A stretch of DNA of 64,000 nt. Source: an uncultured Oscillospiraceae bacterium. Lineage in GTDB: Bacteria; Bacillota; Clostridia; Christensenellales; CAG-138. Shown here one piece after another: positions 20,867 through 29,723 of the stretch. The notes under the pieces are model-generated. The model was given only the letters and a program-made list of their open reading frames with translations, was not told the origin of the DNA and searched no databases. Both the position numbers and the translations under genes were made by a program. Position 1 is the stretch's first letter; each line of letters begins with the position of its first letter. The DNA is taken from NCBI GenBank assembly GCA_964437665.1, contig CAYTHS010000003.1:205-64204 (forward strand). The letters run 5' to 3'.

Positions 20867-21721
20867 CTACTTCTTCTTCCGCGAGAGGCTCAGAATCGAC
20901 AGGCCAAGGAATAATAGCCCGCTGAGCGCGAGGATGCCCATGCTCATCAGCGGCGTGACGGTCGTATCGCCGAACTTGAATACGATTCCCATCGTCTCCT
21001 TGAAGCCTTCGAGGTATTCCGCCGGAACGCCCGCAAACGTCTGTGCCAGCGGTTCGGTCATGATCACCTGCCGCAGCAGTACCGCCGAGTGCGACGGCGG
21101 GAACACGCGGATAACCCACTGCACCGCGTCCGGCAGCTGCCCGATGGGCAGATAGATGCCGGTCAGAAACCCGATGACTGTGCCGATGATCGTGCTTGCC
21201 GTTGCGAACGCATTGTTGCTCTTGAAAAACGAAACGATGAAGAGCACCAGCGCCGTGTTGGAAAACGTCGAAAGCAGCAACAGCCCCAGAACCTTCAGCA
21301 GCGCCGCCGCACCGATCAGCGCACCGCCGTTACTGAGGATATACAGCTCCGCGAGCACGAGCGTCACGAGGCACATGATCATGCCGATGATGAACGCGCT
21401 GAGGATATAGCCGCCTGCGATGCTTGCGCGCGGGATCGGAGAAGAGCGGATGTCCTTGATGATCTTCTTGGACTTGTCTTCGACCATGATGCCGAACGCG
21501 CCCATCGTCGTCGTGACTGACGTGACTGCCAGCAGCCCTGCGACGATCCAGCTGTCCATGAGATACCGCACGCCCGTGAGGTCGGAAAAACTGCTCGTCC
21601 ATACGTCGCCGAGGAAGAGCGCGTACAGCCCGATGATGATAAACACCGAAAGCAGCGAGAAGAAAACGGACGATTTGTCCTTGAAGAAGACCAGGAGGTT
21701 GCGTTTCATAAAGTTAATCAT
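20867..21721 (-). CDS. ABC-2 type exporter permease
   Basis: 6-TM 284-aa protein. 4-nt overlap with the upstream ATPase gene. Confidence 0.8.
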   Translation of the reverse strand: MINFMKRNLLVFFKDKSSVFFSLLSVFIIIGLYALFLGDVWTSSFSDLTGVRYLMDSWIVAGLLAVTSVTTTMGAFGIMVEDKSKKIIKDIRSSPIPRASIAGGYILSAFIIGMIMCLVTLVLAELYILSNGGALIGAAALLKVLGLLLLSTFSNTALVLFIVSFFKSNNAFATASTIIGTVIGFLTGIYLPIGQLPDAVQWVIRVFPPSHSAVLLRQVIMTEPLAQTFAGVPAEYLEGFKETMGIVFKFGDTTVTPLMSMGILALSGLLFLGLSILSLSRKKK

Positions 21722-22632
21722 TCCCGGATCTCCTTTCCCGTGATGGCGATGAACGCGTCGTCCATGGTGCCCGTGGTGACGGTAAAGCCGCTCACGCCGT
21801 CTTTGAGCGATTCCACGATCGGCAGCGCGGCCATGGTGTTCGGAATCGGGACGATCACGCGGTCGGCGCTTTCTTCGCAGGCAAGGCTGCGTTCCCGCAG
21901 CGCGGCGCAGATTTTTCCGGGTTCGGACGTTACGAGCGTAAGTTTATCGGTCGTGTAGCGCTCCATCAGGCCGGAGGGCGTGCCCTTGGCCGCGATTTCT
22001 CCATCGTCAATGACGATCACAAAGTCCGCCTCCGCGGCTTCTTCCATGTAGTGCGTCGTGAGGAAGATCGTCATGCCGCTTTCACGCTGAAGCGAGGCGA
22101 CGGTTTCCCAAACGCTCTTGCGCGTTTGCGGGTCGAGACCGGTGGTCGGTTCGTCGAGAAAGAGGATTTTCGGCGTGTTGACCAGTGCGCGGGCGATATC
22201 GCACCTGCGGCGCTGACCGCCGGAGAGTTTCCCGTACGGTCGCTTGAGCAGGTCCGTGACGCCGGTCGTTTTGGCGACCTCCGCGACCACGGCGCTGCGT
22301 TTTTTGCCGTGCAGGCCGTAAAACCCCGCACGGATGCTCAGATTTTCCTGAATGGTGAGCAGCGGGTCTAAAAGGCCGTCCTGGAACACCGCGCCGATGC
22401 TGTTGCGGATGGCGTTGTCGTCCTTTCCGAGCGTGTGGCCGTCCACCTCGACGACGCCTGCGTCCGCCTTGAGAAACGTGCAGATGACGTCGATGGTCGT
22501 GGACTTGCCCGCGCCGTTAGGCCCGAGAAACGCGAAGATTTTGCCTTGCTCGACATAAAAGTCGATGCCCTTGACCGCGTGTACAGAGCCATAGGACTTC
22601 TGCAGGCCGTTTACCTCGATGATGTGATTCAA
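21718..22632 (-). CDS. ABC transporter ATP-binding protein (DrrA-like)
   Basis: Walker A GPNGAGKST, signature LSGGQRRR, Walker B ILFLDEPT. Confidence 0.9.
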   Translation of the reverse strand: MNHIIEVNGLQKSYGSVHAVKGIDFYVEQGKIFAFLGPNGAGKSTTIDVICTFLKADAGVVEVDGHTLGKDDNAIRNSIGAVFQDGLLDPLLTIQENLSIRAGFYGLHGKKRSAVVAEVAKTTGVTDLLKRPYGKLSGGQRRRCDIARALVNTPKILFLDEPTTGLDPQTRKSVWETVASLQRESGMTIFLTTHYMEEAAEADFVIVIDDGEIAAKGTPSGLMERYTTDKLTLVTSEPGKICAALRERSLACEESADRVIVPIPNTMAALPIVESLKDGVSGFTVTTGTMDDAFIAITGKEIRE

Positions 22633-22790
22633 GCAGTCTTTCCCCCAATCGTTTGAAAGCTGTTAGCATCGTAACATACTTCGCGTGGCGAGGCAAGCGA
22701 ATTACAAGGATTTTGTGGTGGAGGTGACATATATTACTTAATGTATTTGTTGAGTAAAAAACAAAATGCTGGAGGAATAGAAGGACGCAA

Positions 22791-22819
22791 TTGACGAGTC
22801 TGCGTTTTTTGCATACAAT
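22791..22819 (+). promoter_or_regulatory. candidate promoter of the TetR-ABC operon (TTGACG-17-TACAAT)
   Basis: Hexamers at 22791-22796 and 22814-22819. Confidence 0.5.
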
Positions 22820-22866
22820 GACCAAAAAAGCAGAAACAGTCAAACGTAAAGAAAGTAGAAATTCCT

Positions 22867-23481
22867 ATGCCCAAATCCTTCAGCAAAAGCGAACGCGCAT
22901 ACATCCGGGAGCGCCTGATCAGCGAGGCGGAAAAGTGCCTTGCACAGTACGGCATCCGCAAAACCACCGTGGACGAACTGGTACGGCGCGCCGGCATCCC
23001 GAAAGGGACGTTTTACCTCTTTTATGAGTCCAAGGAGCGGTTGATCTTCGATGTGATATTGCGCCTCAACGACCGCATTCAGCAGGAACTGCTTGAAGCG
23101 GTGTCCGCTTTGCCGGATGCACCGGACGCGGACGCGCTCACAGAGATGATCTTCGGGCTCTATAAATCGCTGGAAAACACGTTCCTGCCGCGGCTGATGC
23201 TGGAAGGCGAGATGGAATTCTTCATGCGGACGCTCCCGCCGGAACTTTCAAAACTGCATGCCGAGCACGACGCGGACAAGGTGCGCGCGCTGATCTGCAT
23301 GCTGCCGGGCATACGGGAAGAGCGTGCGGAACTCTACAGCGCCGCGCTGCGCAGCGTGTTTCTGACATTGATGTACAAGGATGAAATCGGTGAGGCGCTG
23401 TTCGACGAGACACTGCATATGCTCATTCGTGGTGTGGCGCTCCAGATGACGGAAGAAAGCAAACAGGGAGAAAAAGCATGA
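22867..23481 (+). CDS. TetR/AcrR family transcriptional regulator
   Basis: N-terminal HTH YGIRKTTVDELVRRAGIPKGTFYLFY. Confidence 0.8.
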   Translation: MPKSFSKSERAYIRERLISEAEKCLAQYGIRKTTVDELVRRAGIPKGTFYLFYESKERLIFDVILRLNDRIQQELLEAVSALPDAPDADALTEMIFGLYKSLENTFLPRLMLEGEMEFFMRTLPPELSKLHAEHDADKVRALICMLPGIREERAELYSAALRSVFLTLMYKDEIGEALFDETLHMLIRGVALQMTEESKQGEKA

Positions 23482-24323
23482 TTACCGTAAAGGACTTGTC
23501 ATTTAGTTACACCCGCCGCGCGTTTATAGAAGGCGTTTCGTTCGATGTAAACGACGGGGAAATCTTCGGTTTTCTCGGGCCGTCCGGCGCGGGCAAGAGC
23601 ACGCTGCAGAAGATATTAACAGGGCTTCTACAGCGCTACGGCGGCAGCGTGACGGTCTGCGGCGAGGAAGTGCGCAGGCACACAAAGGGGTTTTACGGCA
23701 AAATCGGCGTTGATTTTGAGTTTCCCAGCCTCTATGAAAAACTCACCGGGCGCGAAAACCTCAAATTCTTCGCTTCGCTCTATCCGGCGCACCGCGAAAT
23801 CGATGTGCTTTTGCAGAGCGTCGGGCTGCTGCACGACGCGGAAAAGAAAGCGGGAGACTATTCCAAGGGTATGAAATCGAGGCTTAATTTCGTCAAGGCG
23901 CTGCTGCACGATCCGGACGTGCTCTTTCTCGACGAACCGACCTCCGGGCTGGACCCTTCCAACGCGCGTGTGGTAAAGGACCTCATCCTCGAAGAAAAGC
24001 GGAAAGGTAAAACGGTCATCCTCACCACGCATAACATGTACGATGCGACCGAGCTTTGCGACCGCGTGGCGTTCATTGTGGATGGAGCGATCCTCGCGCT
24101 GGACAGCCCGCACGCGCTGATCATGCGGCAGGGCGCGGGAAAGATTGTGTATACGTATCTTGACGACGGCACGGAAGCGACGGGCGAAACGCCGATCGAC
24201 CGGACCGGCGCGGACGAAACGCTGCAAACACTGCTGCGCGAAAACCGCATTTTGAGCATCCATTCCGGCGAACCGACGCTCAACGACATCTTCGTGGAGA
24301 TCACGGGGAGGCAGCTGCAATGA
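23478..24323 (+). CDS. ABC transporter ATP-binding protein
   Basis: GPSGAGKST, YSKGMKSRL, VLFLDEPTSGLD. Confidence 0.9.
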   Translation: MITVKDLSFSYTRRAFIEGVSFDVNDGEIFGFLGPSGAGKSTLQKILTGLLQRYGGSVTVCGEEVRRHTKGFYGKIGVDFEFPSLYEKLTGRENLKFFASLYPAHREIDVLLQSVGLLHDAEKKAGDYSKGMKSRLNFVKALLHDPDVLFLDEPTSGLDPSNARVVKDLILEEKRKGKTVILTTHNMYDATELCDRVAFIVDGAILALDSPHALIMRQGAGKIVYTYLDDGTEATGETPIDRTGADETLQTLLRENRILSIHSGEPTLNDIFVEITGRQLQ

Positions 24324-25000
24324 GGATGTTTTCGCTGGTGAAAGCGGATATCCGTTTTCAGTACCGATACGGATTTTACTTCCTGTATCTGCTGTTTTCC
24401 ATCCTCTATATCGGCGTTCTTTTCGCGTTGCCCGCGGCCTGGAGAAAGGATGCGGCGCTTCTGATGATCTACACCGATCCGGCGGCGATGGGGCTGTTTT
24501 TCATGGGCGCGATCGTGCTGTTTGAAAAAAACGAGCACGTGCTCGACAGCATTGCGGTGTCCCCGGCGCAGCCGTGCGAATATGTAACCGGCAAGCTTGT
24601 TTCCATCGGCCTGATTTCGATGCTTGTTGCGCTTGCGATCGCTGTTCCGGCAGGCGTGATTTTGCACCCGGTGCGGTTTTTATGCGGCGTGTTTCTTTGC
24701 TCATGCATGTTTTCGTCGCTGGGGCTCGTCATCGCCTGCAAAGTGTCCTCGCTCAATCGATTTATCCTCGCAACCGTCCCGGCCGAAATCGTCGTGGTGG
24801 TTCCCGCGGTAATCTGGTTATTTTGGGATGCGGGACAGATTGCACTGCTGCATCCCGGCGTGGCGGGACTTGCGTTATTAACGCGGGAGGGCGGCGCCGC
24901 TGCGTTTTTCATTCTGCTAGTCTGGACGGCGGCGTTCGTGCTTATGGCGGTGCGTTCTGCAAAGCGGATGCTGCGCTCGCTGGGAGGGGTGAAGCTATGA
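24320..25000 (+). CDS. ABC exporter permease subunit 1
   Basis: 6-TM protein, translationally coupled by an ATGA overlap. Confidence 0.7.
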   Translation: MRMFSLVKADIRFQYRYGFYFLYLLFSILYIGVLFALPAAWRKDAALLMIYTDPAAMGLFFMGAIVLFEKNEHVLDSIAVSPAQPCEYVTGKLVSIGLISMLVALAIAVPAGVILHPVRFLCGVFLCSCMFSSLGLVIACKVSSLNRFILATVPAEIVVVVPAVIWLFWDAGQIALLHPGVAGLALLTREGGAAAFFILLVWTAAFVLMAVRSAKRMLRSLGGVKL

Positions 25001-25710
25001 AAGCGGTGCAAAAATCCTTCGGTCTGTTTTTGCGTCAGATTGCGAACGACGGTATGCTCTGCATGGTGCTGGCCGCGCCGCTGCTGGCCGGGTGTGCGTT
25101 TCGCTTCGGTGTGCCCGCGCTCGAAACGCTCCTTTGCAAAACGTTTGGACAAGCGAGCGTGCTGGCGGATTATTACCTGCTCTTCGATTTATTTCTCGTG
25201 GTGATGACGCCGTATCTGTTTTGCTTTGTGTCGAGCATGGTCATGCTTTCGGAATATGACGACAACACGGCGGCCTATCTTGCCGTCACGCCGCTTGGCC
25301 GACGCGGATATATCGTTTCCCGGCTCGTGCTGCCCGCGCTGCTGGCCGCGGTTGTTACCGTACCGGTAATGAAGCCTTTTGCGCTTACGAGCTGGAGCGT
25401 CGGCGGGTTACTGCTGGCCGGACTGCTCGGCGGCGCGCTGAGCGTGCCTGTTTGCCTGCTGGTGGTTGCGTTTTCGCACAACCGTGTGGAGGGGATGGCG
25501 CTGGCAAAAATTGCGGGCGTGATTCTGCTGGGGCTGCCGGTCCCGTTTTTCATTGACGGTGGCGCGCAGTATCTTTTTTCACCGTTGCCGTCGTTTTGGG
25601 TTGCGAAGGTGTTTATGGGCGGCGGTGTGTTTTCGCTGATAATTTCGCTGGCGGCGTCGGCGCTCTGGACGCTGGCGCTGTACCGGGCTTTTGCACGAAA
25701 GTTTACATAG
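24997..25710 (+). CDS. ABC exporter permease subunit 2
   Basis: Start set to ATG 24997 (MKAVQKSFGLF), overlapping the upstream stop. The ORF-track N-terminal extension overlaps the previous gene. Confidence 0.7.
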   Translation: MKAVQKSFGLFLRQIANDGMLCMVLAAPLLAGCAFRFGVPALETLLCKTFGQASVLADYYLLFDLFLVVMTPYLFCFVSSMVMLSEYDDNTAAYLAVTPLGRRGYIVSRLVLPALLAAVVTVPVMKPFALTSWSVGGLLLAGLLGGALSVPVCLLVVAFSHNRVEGMALAKIAGVILLGLPVPFFIDGGAQYLFSPLPSFWVAKVFMGGGVFSLIISLAASALWTLALYRAFARKFT

Positions 25711-25802
25711 CGCCGGGAACAGGGTAAAAAAACAAGTTCCGCGAGCAAATGTTCGCGGAACTTGCCGTTCCTCATGCGGTTTGTTATGATGAGCTTACAG
25801 TT

Positions 25803-25997
25803 CTACTTGGTTTTCCGGGTGCTGACGCCGAACAGCGAGTAGAGCGGGCAGTATCCGAAAATGCCGGTGATAAGCGGGATGAACCCGATCAGCCCGATCC
25901 AGCGTATGCCGCCGGAGAGGATAAACACCATACTTAACAGCGCAGCTCCTACTATGACCCGGACCCATTGGTCCGTTCTGCCTACGTTCTTTTTCAT
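25803..25997 (-). CDS. DUF2892 (YgaP-like) small membrane protein
   Basis: 64 aa; GLIGFIPLITGIFGYCPLYSLFG motif. Confidence 0.7.
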   Translation of the reverse strand: MKKNVGRTDQWVRVIVGAALLSMVFILSGGIRWIGLIGFIPLITGIFGYCPLYSLFGVSTRKTK

Positions 25998-26045
25998 GAT
26001 AATCGCCTCCTTGCCGAAGATTTCGTCCGCCGTACGAAAAAACGC

Positions 26046-26375
26046 TCAGTCCAGCCCGACGAGCACGTTGTTTCCTTCCAGCTTAACAGGGTACGCTCTG
26101 ACGTTATCGACCTTAAGAGGGATGAACGCCAGTTTGCCGCTTGTGGTGACCTTGCCTGTCTTCAGATCGAATGCCGTTTTGTGTTTGGGGCAGATGACGG
26201 ACGTGCCATCGAGCGTCCCGTCGGCGAGGGAACCTCCCATGTGCGGGCAGCGGTTGTCAAGCGCGTAATACATGCCGTCCACGTTTGCAAGGAGCAGCAC
26301 TCTGCCTTCGAGGGTCACTTTCATTTTTCCGCCGTTTTTCAACTCCGCTTCTGCGGCTGCCTTGAGATACCTCAC
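26046..26375 (-). CDS. Rieske [2Fe-2S] domain protein
   Basis: CPHMGG...CPKHKTAF Rieske ligand motifs; 109 aa. Confidence 0.8.
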   Translation of the reverse strand: MRYLKAAAEAELKNGGKMKVTLEGRVLLLANVDGMYYALDNRCPHMGGSLADGTLDGTSVICPKHKTAFDLKTGKVTTSGKLAFIPLKVDNVRAYPVKLEGNNVLVGLD

Positions 26376-26585
26376 GCGACCACCACCTTTCTTCCGCTTT
26401 GTATACTTAATTATAGCAGAAAAACCGGCATAAACAGTGCCTTAGTCACACTTTTTACGGAAAGGAGAGGATGAGACGTTTTGCCAATGTGACTAAGACA
26501 CGGTTTGAATGCGGCTGAGACGGTATACTCTAACTATAACAGGAACGGCATCAGGGACCTGGCCAAGAAATGGAGGAAACAAGAG

Positions 26586-27098
26586 ATGTTCAGTGAAAAG
26601 GTAAAACAGCTGTTGAACGAACAGGTTCAGAAGGAGTTTTTCTCCGCGTATCTGTACTTATATTTCTCGAATTACTATGAAGAGCAGGGGCTCAAGGGAT
26701 TTGCGAACTGGTTTCGTATCCAGGCGCAGGAAGAGCGCGACCACGCGATGCTGATGATGCAGTACATGCAGAACAACGATTTACCTGTCGTGCTGGAGGC
26801 TATCGAAAAGCCCGCCACGCCGCTCAGCGCCCATATGGACGCGCTGAAAGCCTCGCTGGCGCACGAGCAGTTCGTCACGCGGTCGATCCACGCGATCTAC
26901 GAGGCCGCATATGAGGCCAAGGACTTCCGTACGATGCAGTTTTTAGACTGGTTCGTCAAGGAGCAGGCCGAGGAAGAGACCAACGCTTCGGACAACATCA
27001 AAAAGATGGAGTTGTTCGGTTCGGAGAGCAAAGGACTCTACATGCTCGATCAGGAGCTTGGCGCGCGGGTCTATGCCGCGCCGAGTCTGGTGCTGTAA
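26586..27098 (+). CDS. ftn: ferritin (non-heme)
   Basis: Ferroxidase-centre residues (E..Y, EERDH, E..Q). Start at ATG 26586 with a GGAGG RBS. Confidence 0.9.
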   Translation: MFSEKVKQLLNEQVQKEFFSAYLYLYFSNYYEEQGLKGFANWFRIQAQEERDHAMLMMQYMQNNDLPVVLEAIEKPATPLSAHMDALKASLAHEQFVTRSIHAIYEAAYEAKDFRTMQFLDWFVKEQAEEETNASDNIKKMELFGSESKGLYMLDQELGARVYAAPSLVL

Positions 27099-27114
27099 GA
27101 AGGGTGAAAGAGAC

Positions 27115-27356
27115 AGGCCGCCGGGAAACCGGCGGCCTGAGACCGTCAAAAAACTTGTTTTTTGACGGGATAACCGCTCTTTGCCTCTCGTCCTTCGGAC
27201 TCCCGGGCGGCAAAGAGCACAGAGAAACCGCCCGTTCCGGGCGATCCGTTCCGCCGGATGAACCGGCGCAGCCGGAAAAGCGGGTTAAGGGCTGTGGCCC
27301 TTAACAATCCCAAGGACTTTTTTGACAGGCTGAGGCCGCCGGGAAACCGGCGGCCT
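27115..27356 (+). mobile_element. hairpin-rich repeat element copy A (core about 27138-27333), flanked by a 24-bp direct duplication of a terminator hairpin
   Basis: AGGCCGCCGGGAAACCGGCGGCCT is present at 27115-27138 and 27333-27356. The core is homologous to 59238-59433. Confidence 0.8.
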
Positions 27357-27378
27357 TTGCTGTGAAACAAAATCTTAC

Positions 27379-28491
27379 TTAAAGTTGTTTATACGGATAC
27401 ACCTTCGAACGGTTCTGGTAGATCAGGATGTCCTGATTCATCACCTTGCCGTTTTGGATGTCCACCGCGCCTTCGATGACCTTGTTCGGCTGCTCAAACA
27501 CGACCGATTCGAGGTACGGCAGCAGCGCTTTGGAAATTTCCCAGGTGGCGCTGTTCCAAAGCAGCGTCGGCGTGTGGTCCACGCCGTAATAGGTGATGTT
27601 GCCGGTTTGTTCCACGGGGTGCTCGAACGTCGTCGGGTCGGCAAAGCTGAAGCCCATCCCGCGCGAACAGCTCACGTCGATTACGAGGCACGGCTTTGTA
27701 AAGCGCGGCACGTCGTCGTCGGAAACCAGCGTGATGGGATCGACCGGGTTTTGCAGGATGCCGTTAACGATCACGTCCGCTTCGGTCAGTACGTCGAGTA
27801 TCGGCGTGCGCGTGCCGTCGAGGTTGACGATCTCGAACCCGCCGGAATCGTTCTCCACAAACCGTTTGTAGACGACCCCGGGGATCTGGTTGGCGACAAG
27901 CGACGTCGGCCGCTGCGTGAAAACTGCAATATTATGGATGCCGTGCGCGCGCAGGGAAATGATTGCGCCGCGGCTCACCGAGCCGAAGCTGATGACGACG
28001 GCCTTTCTCGCCGGACCGAAGTTGCCGTCGATCCCCATGACTTCCAGCGCGTGCTGCACGCCGCAGTAACCCGCCATTTCGTTGTTGCGGCAGAAGGTAT
28101 GGATGAGCTCGCGCCCGCTTTCGTAATACATGTTTTCCCAGGCGACGAGCGTAAGTTTTTTATCGATGCCGAGCTGTGCGATATAGCGTTGCTGCACGCT
28201 GTGCATCCAGCCCCAGACGAACGCGCCGTCGCGCATTTGCTCGAAATCTTCGATTACAGGCTTCGTAATGAGCACGGCCGGAGAATTGCGCAGAAGTTTT
28301 TTGCGTTCCGCCGGCGGATGGCCGGTGAGCGCCTCCAGCTCGCTGTCCTGCATGCCGAACGGCAGACCGTAGCCGGTCTCAAAATAAAGCCGATTGCGGA
28401 CGTTTTCCGGGACGCCGGGTAAATGCGCGGGGTGAATGGGGTGCCTTTTTTCGTTTTCTTTTCGGGATGTGCCGATGATCGCGAGTTCCAT
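27379..28491 (-). CDS. AlaDH/PNT-family NAD(P)-dependent dehydrogenase (saccharopine dehydrogenase / carboxyethyl-ornithine synthase-like)
   Basis: Family-typical N-terminus MELAIIGTSRKENEKRHPIHP and an internal Rossmann segment VVISFGSVSRGA. Start at ATG 28491 with an AGGAGG RBS. Confidence 0.55.
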   Translation of the reverse strand: MELAIIGTSRKENEKRHPIHPAHLPGVPENVRNRLYFETGYGLPFGMQDSELEALTGHPPAERKKLLRNSPAVLITKPVIEDFEQMRDGAFVWGWMHSVQQRYIAQLGIDKKLTLVAWENMYYESGRELIHTFCRNNEMAGYCGVQHALEVMGIDGNFGPARKAVVISFGSVSRGAIISLRAHGIHNIAVFTQRPTSLVANQIPGVVYKRFVENDSGGFEIVNLDGTRTPILDVLTEADVIVNGILQNPVDPITLVSDDDVPRFTKPCLVIDVSCSRGMGFSFADPTTFEHPVEQTGNITYYGVDHTPTLLWNSATWEISKALLPYLESVVFEQPNKVIEGAVDIQNGKVMNQDILIYQNRSKVYPYKQL

Positions 28492-28809
28492 ATTAGCCTC
28501 CTTTGGGCGGACGTGCTGATGTGTTCCTGCTCCTTTCAATTTTCAACGATTCTTTAACAAAAGCCGCTTAAGCGGCAAAGATGTGATATACAATTTTATC
28601 ATAAAGCGTCCGTTCCGGCAAGAAATGAGGCATTCCTCGCGGGAAACCCTGTGTTCCGGCGTTACTGCGCGAATAAAAAACGGCCATACCACAGAACGCG
28701 CGTCAGCCTGCCAAAATAGTCGCCGGGATGTCCAAGACCGGAGTCTTATGTTATATCCGGCGCGGCACCATCGCCCGTTTCGGGCGGTTTCTTTGTGTTT
28801 TTCGCCGCG

Positions 28810-29202
28810 CTATCCGAACAGGTAATACAGCGCGCTCGGGAAAATCTGGTGCAGCAGCACCATTACAAGAAGCAGAACAATCAGATAACGATGCCACACG
28901 AGGAAGGCCTTCTTCTTTGTGAAATAAAATGTCGCGCCGAACGCCGCCACCAGCACGATGGAAAACCATTCCAGCGTACCCGTGTGCAGCCGGAATCCGC
29001 CGAACACGAGCAGCCCGTGCAGCAGCGCAAGCAAAACGATTGCAATCCCGAGCGGCTTGTGGACCTTTCGCAGGACTTTCATAAGCTTTGGGTACCAATT
29101 GCCCCGGAAGCGGCGTACCCGCATATGGAACTGCCGCAAAAGGAACGGCAGCACCATAATCACAAGCAAAGAGATATTCAGCCAGCCAAGAAAACGAATC
29201 AT
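28810..29202 (-). CDS. 4-TM His-rich membrane protein (possible b-type cytochrome-like partner)
   Basis: 130 aa with four TM helices and conserved-looking His residues in the helices (LLHGL, VWHRY, LLHQIF). Confidence 0.5.
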   Translation of the reverse strand: MIRFLGWLNISLLVIMVLPFLLRQFHMRVRRFRGNWYPKLMKVLRKVHKPLGIAIVLLALLHGLLVFGGFRLHTGTLEWFSIVLVAAFGATFYFTKKKAFLVWHRYLIVLLLVMVLLHQIFPSALYYLFG

Positions 29203-29217
29203 GCCTCGTGTTCCTTT

Positions 29218-29619
29218 CTAGTCGATCAGTTCGCCAACGACCGGCAGGCCTCTGAGCTTGGAGACACCGTGCGGGGAAACGTTTTTAATCGCGTCCGTTA
29301 AATCGGCTCCGGCAGAAAAGCCGTTATGCCGGCCGCCCGCCCAGAAGGACACGTCCGATACGTCATAGATTATGCCGTCCACCGCGATATATGCGGGGTT
29401 TTCGTTTTGGCCGTCATACTGGCCTAACTCTTCCAGCGTAAGCTGCAAAACGTCTTCGCCGGCGGCGGTTTCTTCCGCCGAGGCGGCGTCCCCGGCGGTT
29501 GCGGCGGATTCGACAGAGGCGGCGGCGTCCCCGGCGGTCGCCGTGTATGTAACCGGTGCGCATGCGAGCGCTGCGCTCATTATTAGGACCGTGATAACGG
29601 CTAACAGCGTCTTTTTCAT
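29218..29619 (-). CDS. lipoprotein with a cytochrome b5-like heme/steroid-binding domain
   Basis: Signal peptide plus lipobox (SAALACA), an Ala/Asp-rich linker, then YDGQNENPAYIAVDGIIYDVS. Confidence 0.7.
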   Translation of the reverse strand: MKKTLLAVITVLIMSAALACAPVTYTATAGDAAASVESAATAGDAASAEETAAGEDVLQLTLEELGQYDGQNENPAYIAVDGIIYDVSDVSFWAGGRHNGFSAGADLTDAIKNVSPHGVSKLRGLPVVGELID

Positions 29620-29723
29620 ATTGCATACCGCTCCTTTCCAAACTACTGCCTATAGTATACGGGTTTTTCACAATGAATGAAAGTGATCTTGTTACGCAGC
29701 AGGAAAAGGGCGGGGCCCCGGGA

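Noticed and set aside
26461-26518. 15-codon micro-ORF (MRRFANVTKTRFECG) with an AAAGGAGAGG element inside the ferritin upstream inverted repeat
   Set aside because: The Shine-Dalgarno-like sequence abuts the ATG with essentially no spacer, and nothing supports translation. It is kept only as part of the repeat-architecture finding.
27115-27356. Repeated hairpins (27116-27137 / 27334-27355 and 59218-59237 / 59434-59452) considered as a CRISPR-like or attC-like array
   Set aside because: There are only two repeats per locus. The repeat sequence differs between loci, the spacer is the same conserved element in both, and no cas or integrase genes are nearby. This is inconsistent with CRISPR arrays or integron cassettes.
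27104-27370. ORFs of 66 and 74 aa inside the terminator-embedded repeat element
   Set aside because: They overlap each other on opposite strands, are not conserved as reading frames in copy B, and span hairpin stems. The region is better explained as a structured non-coding element.
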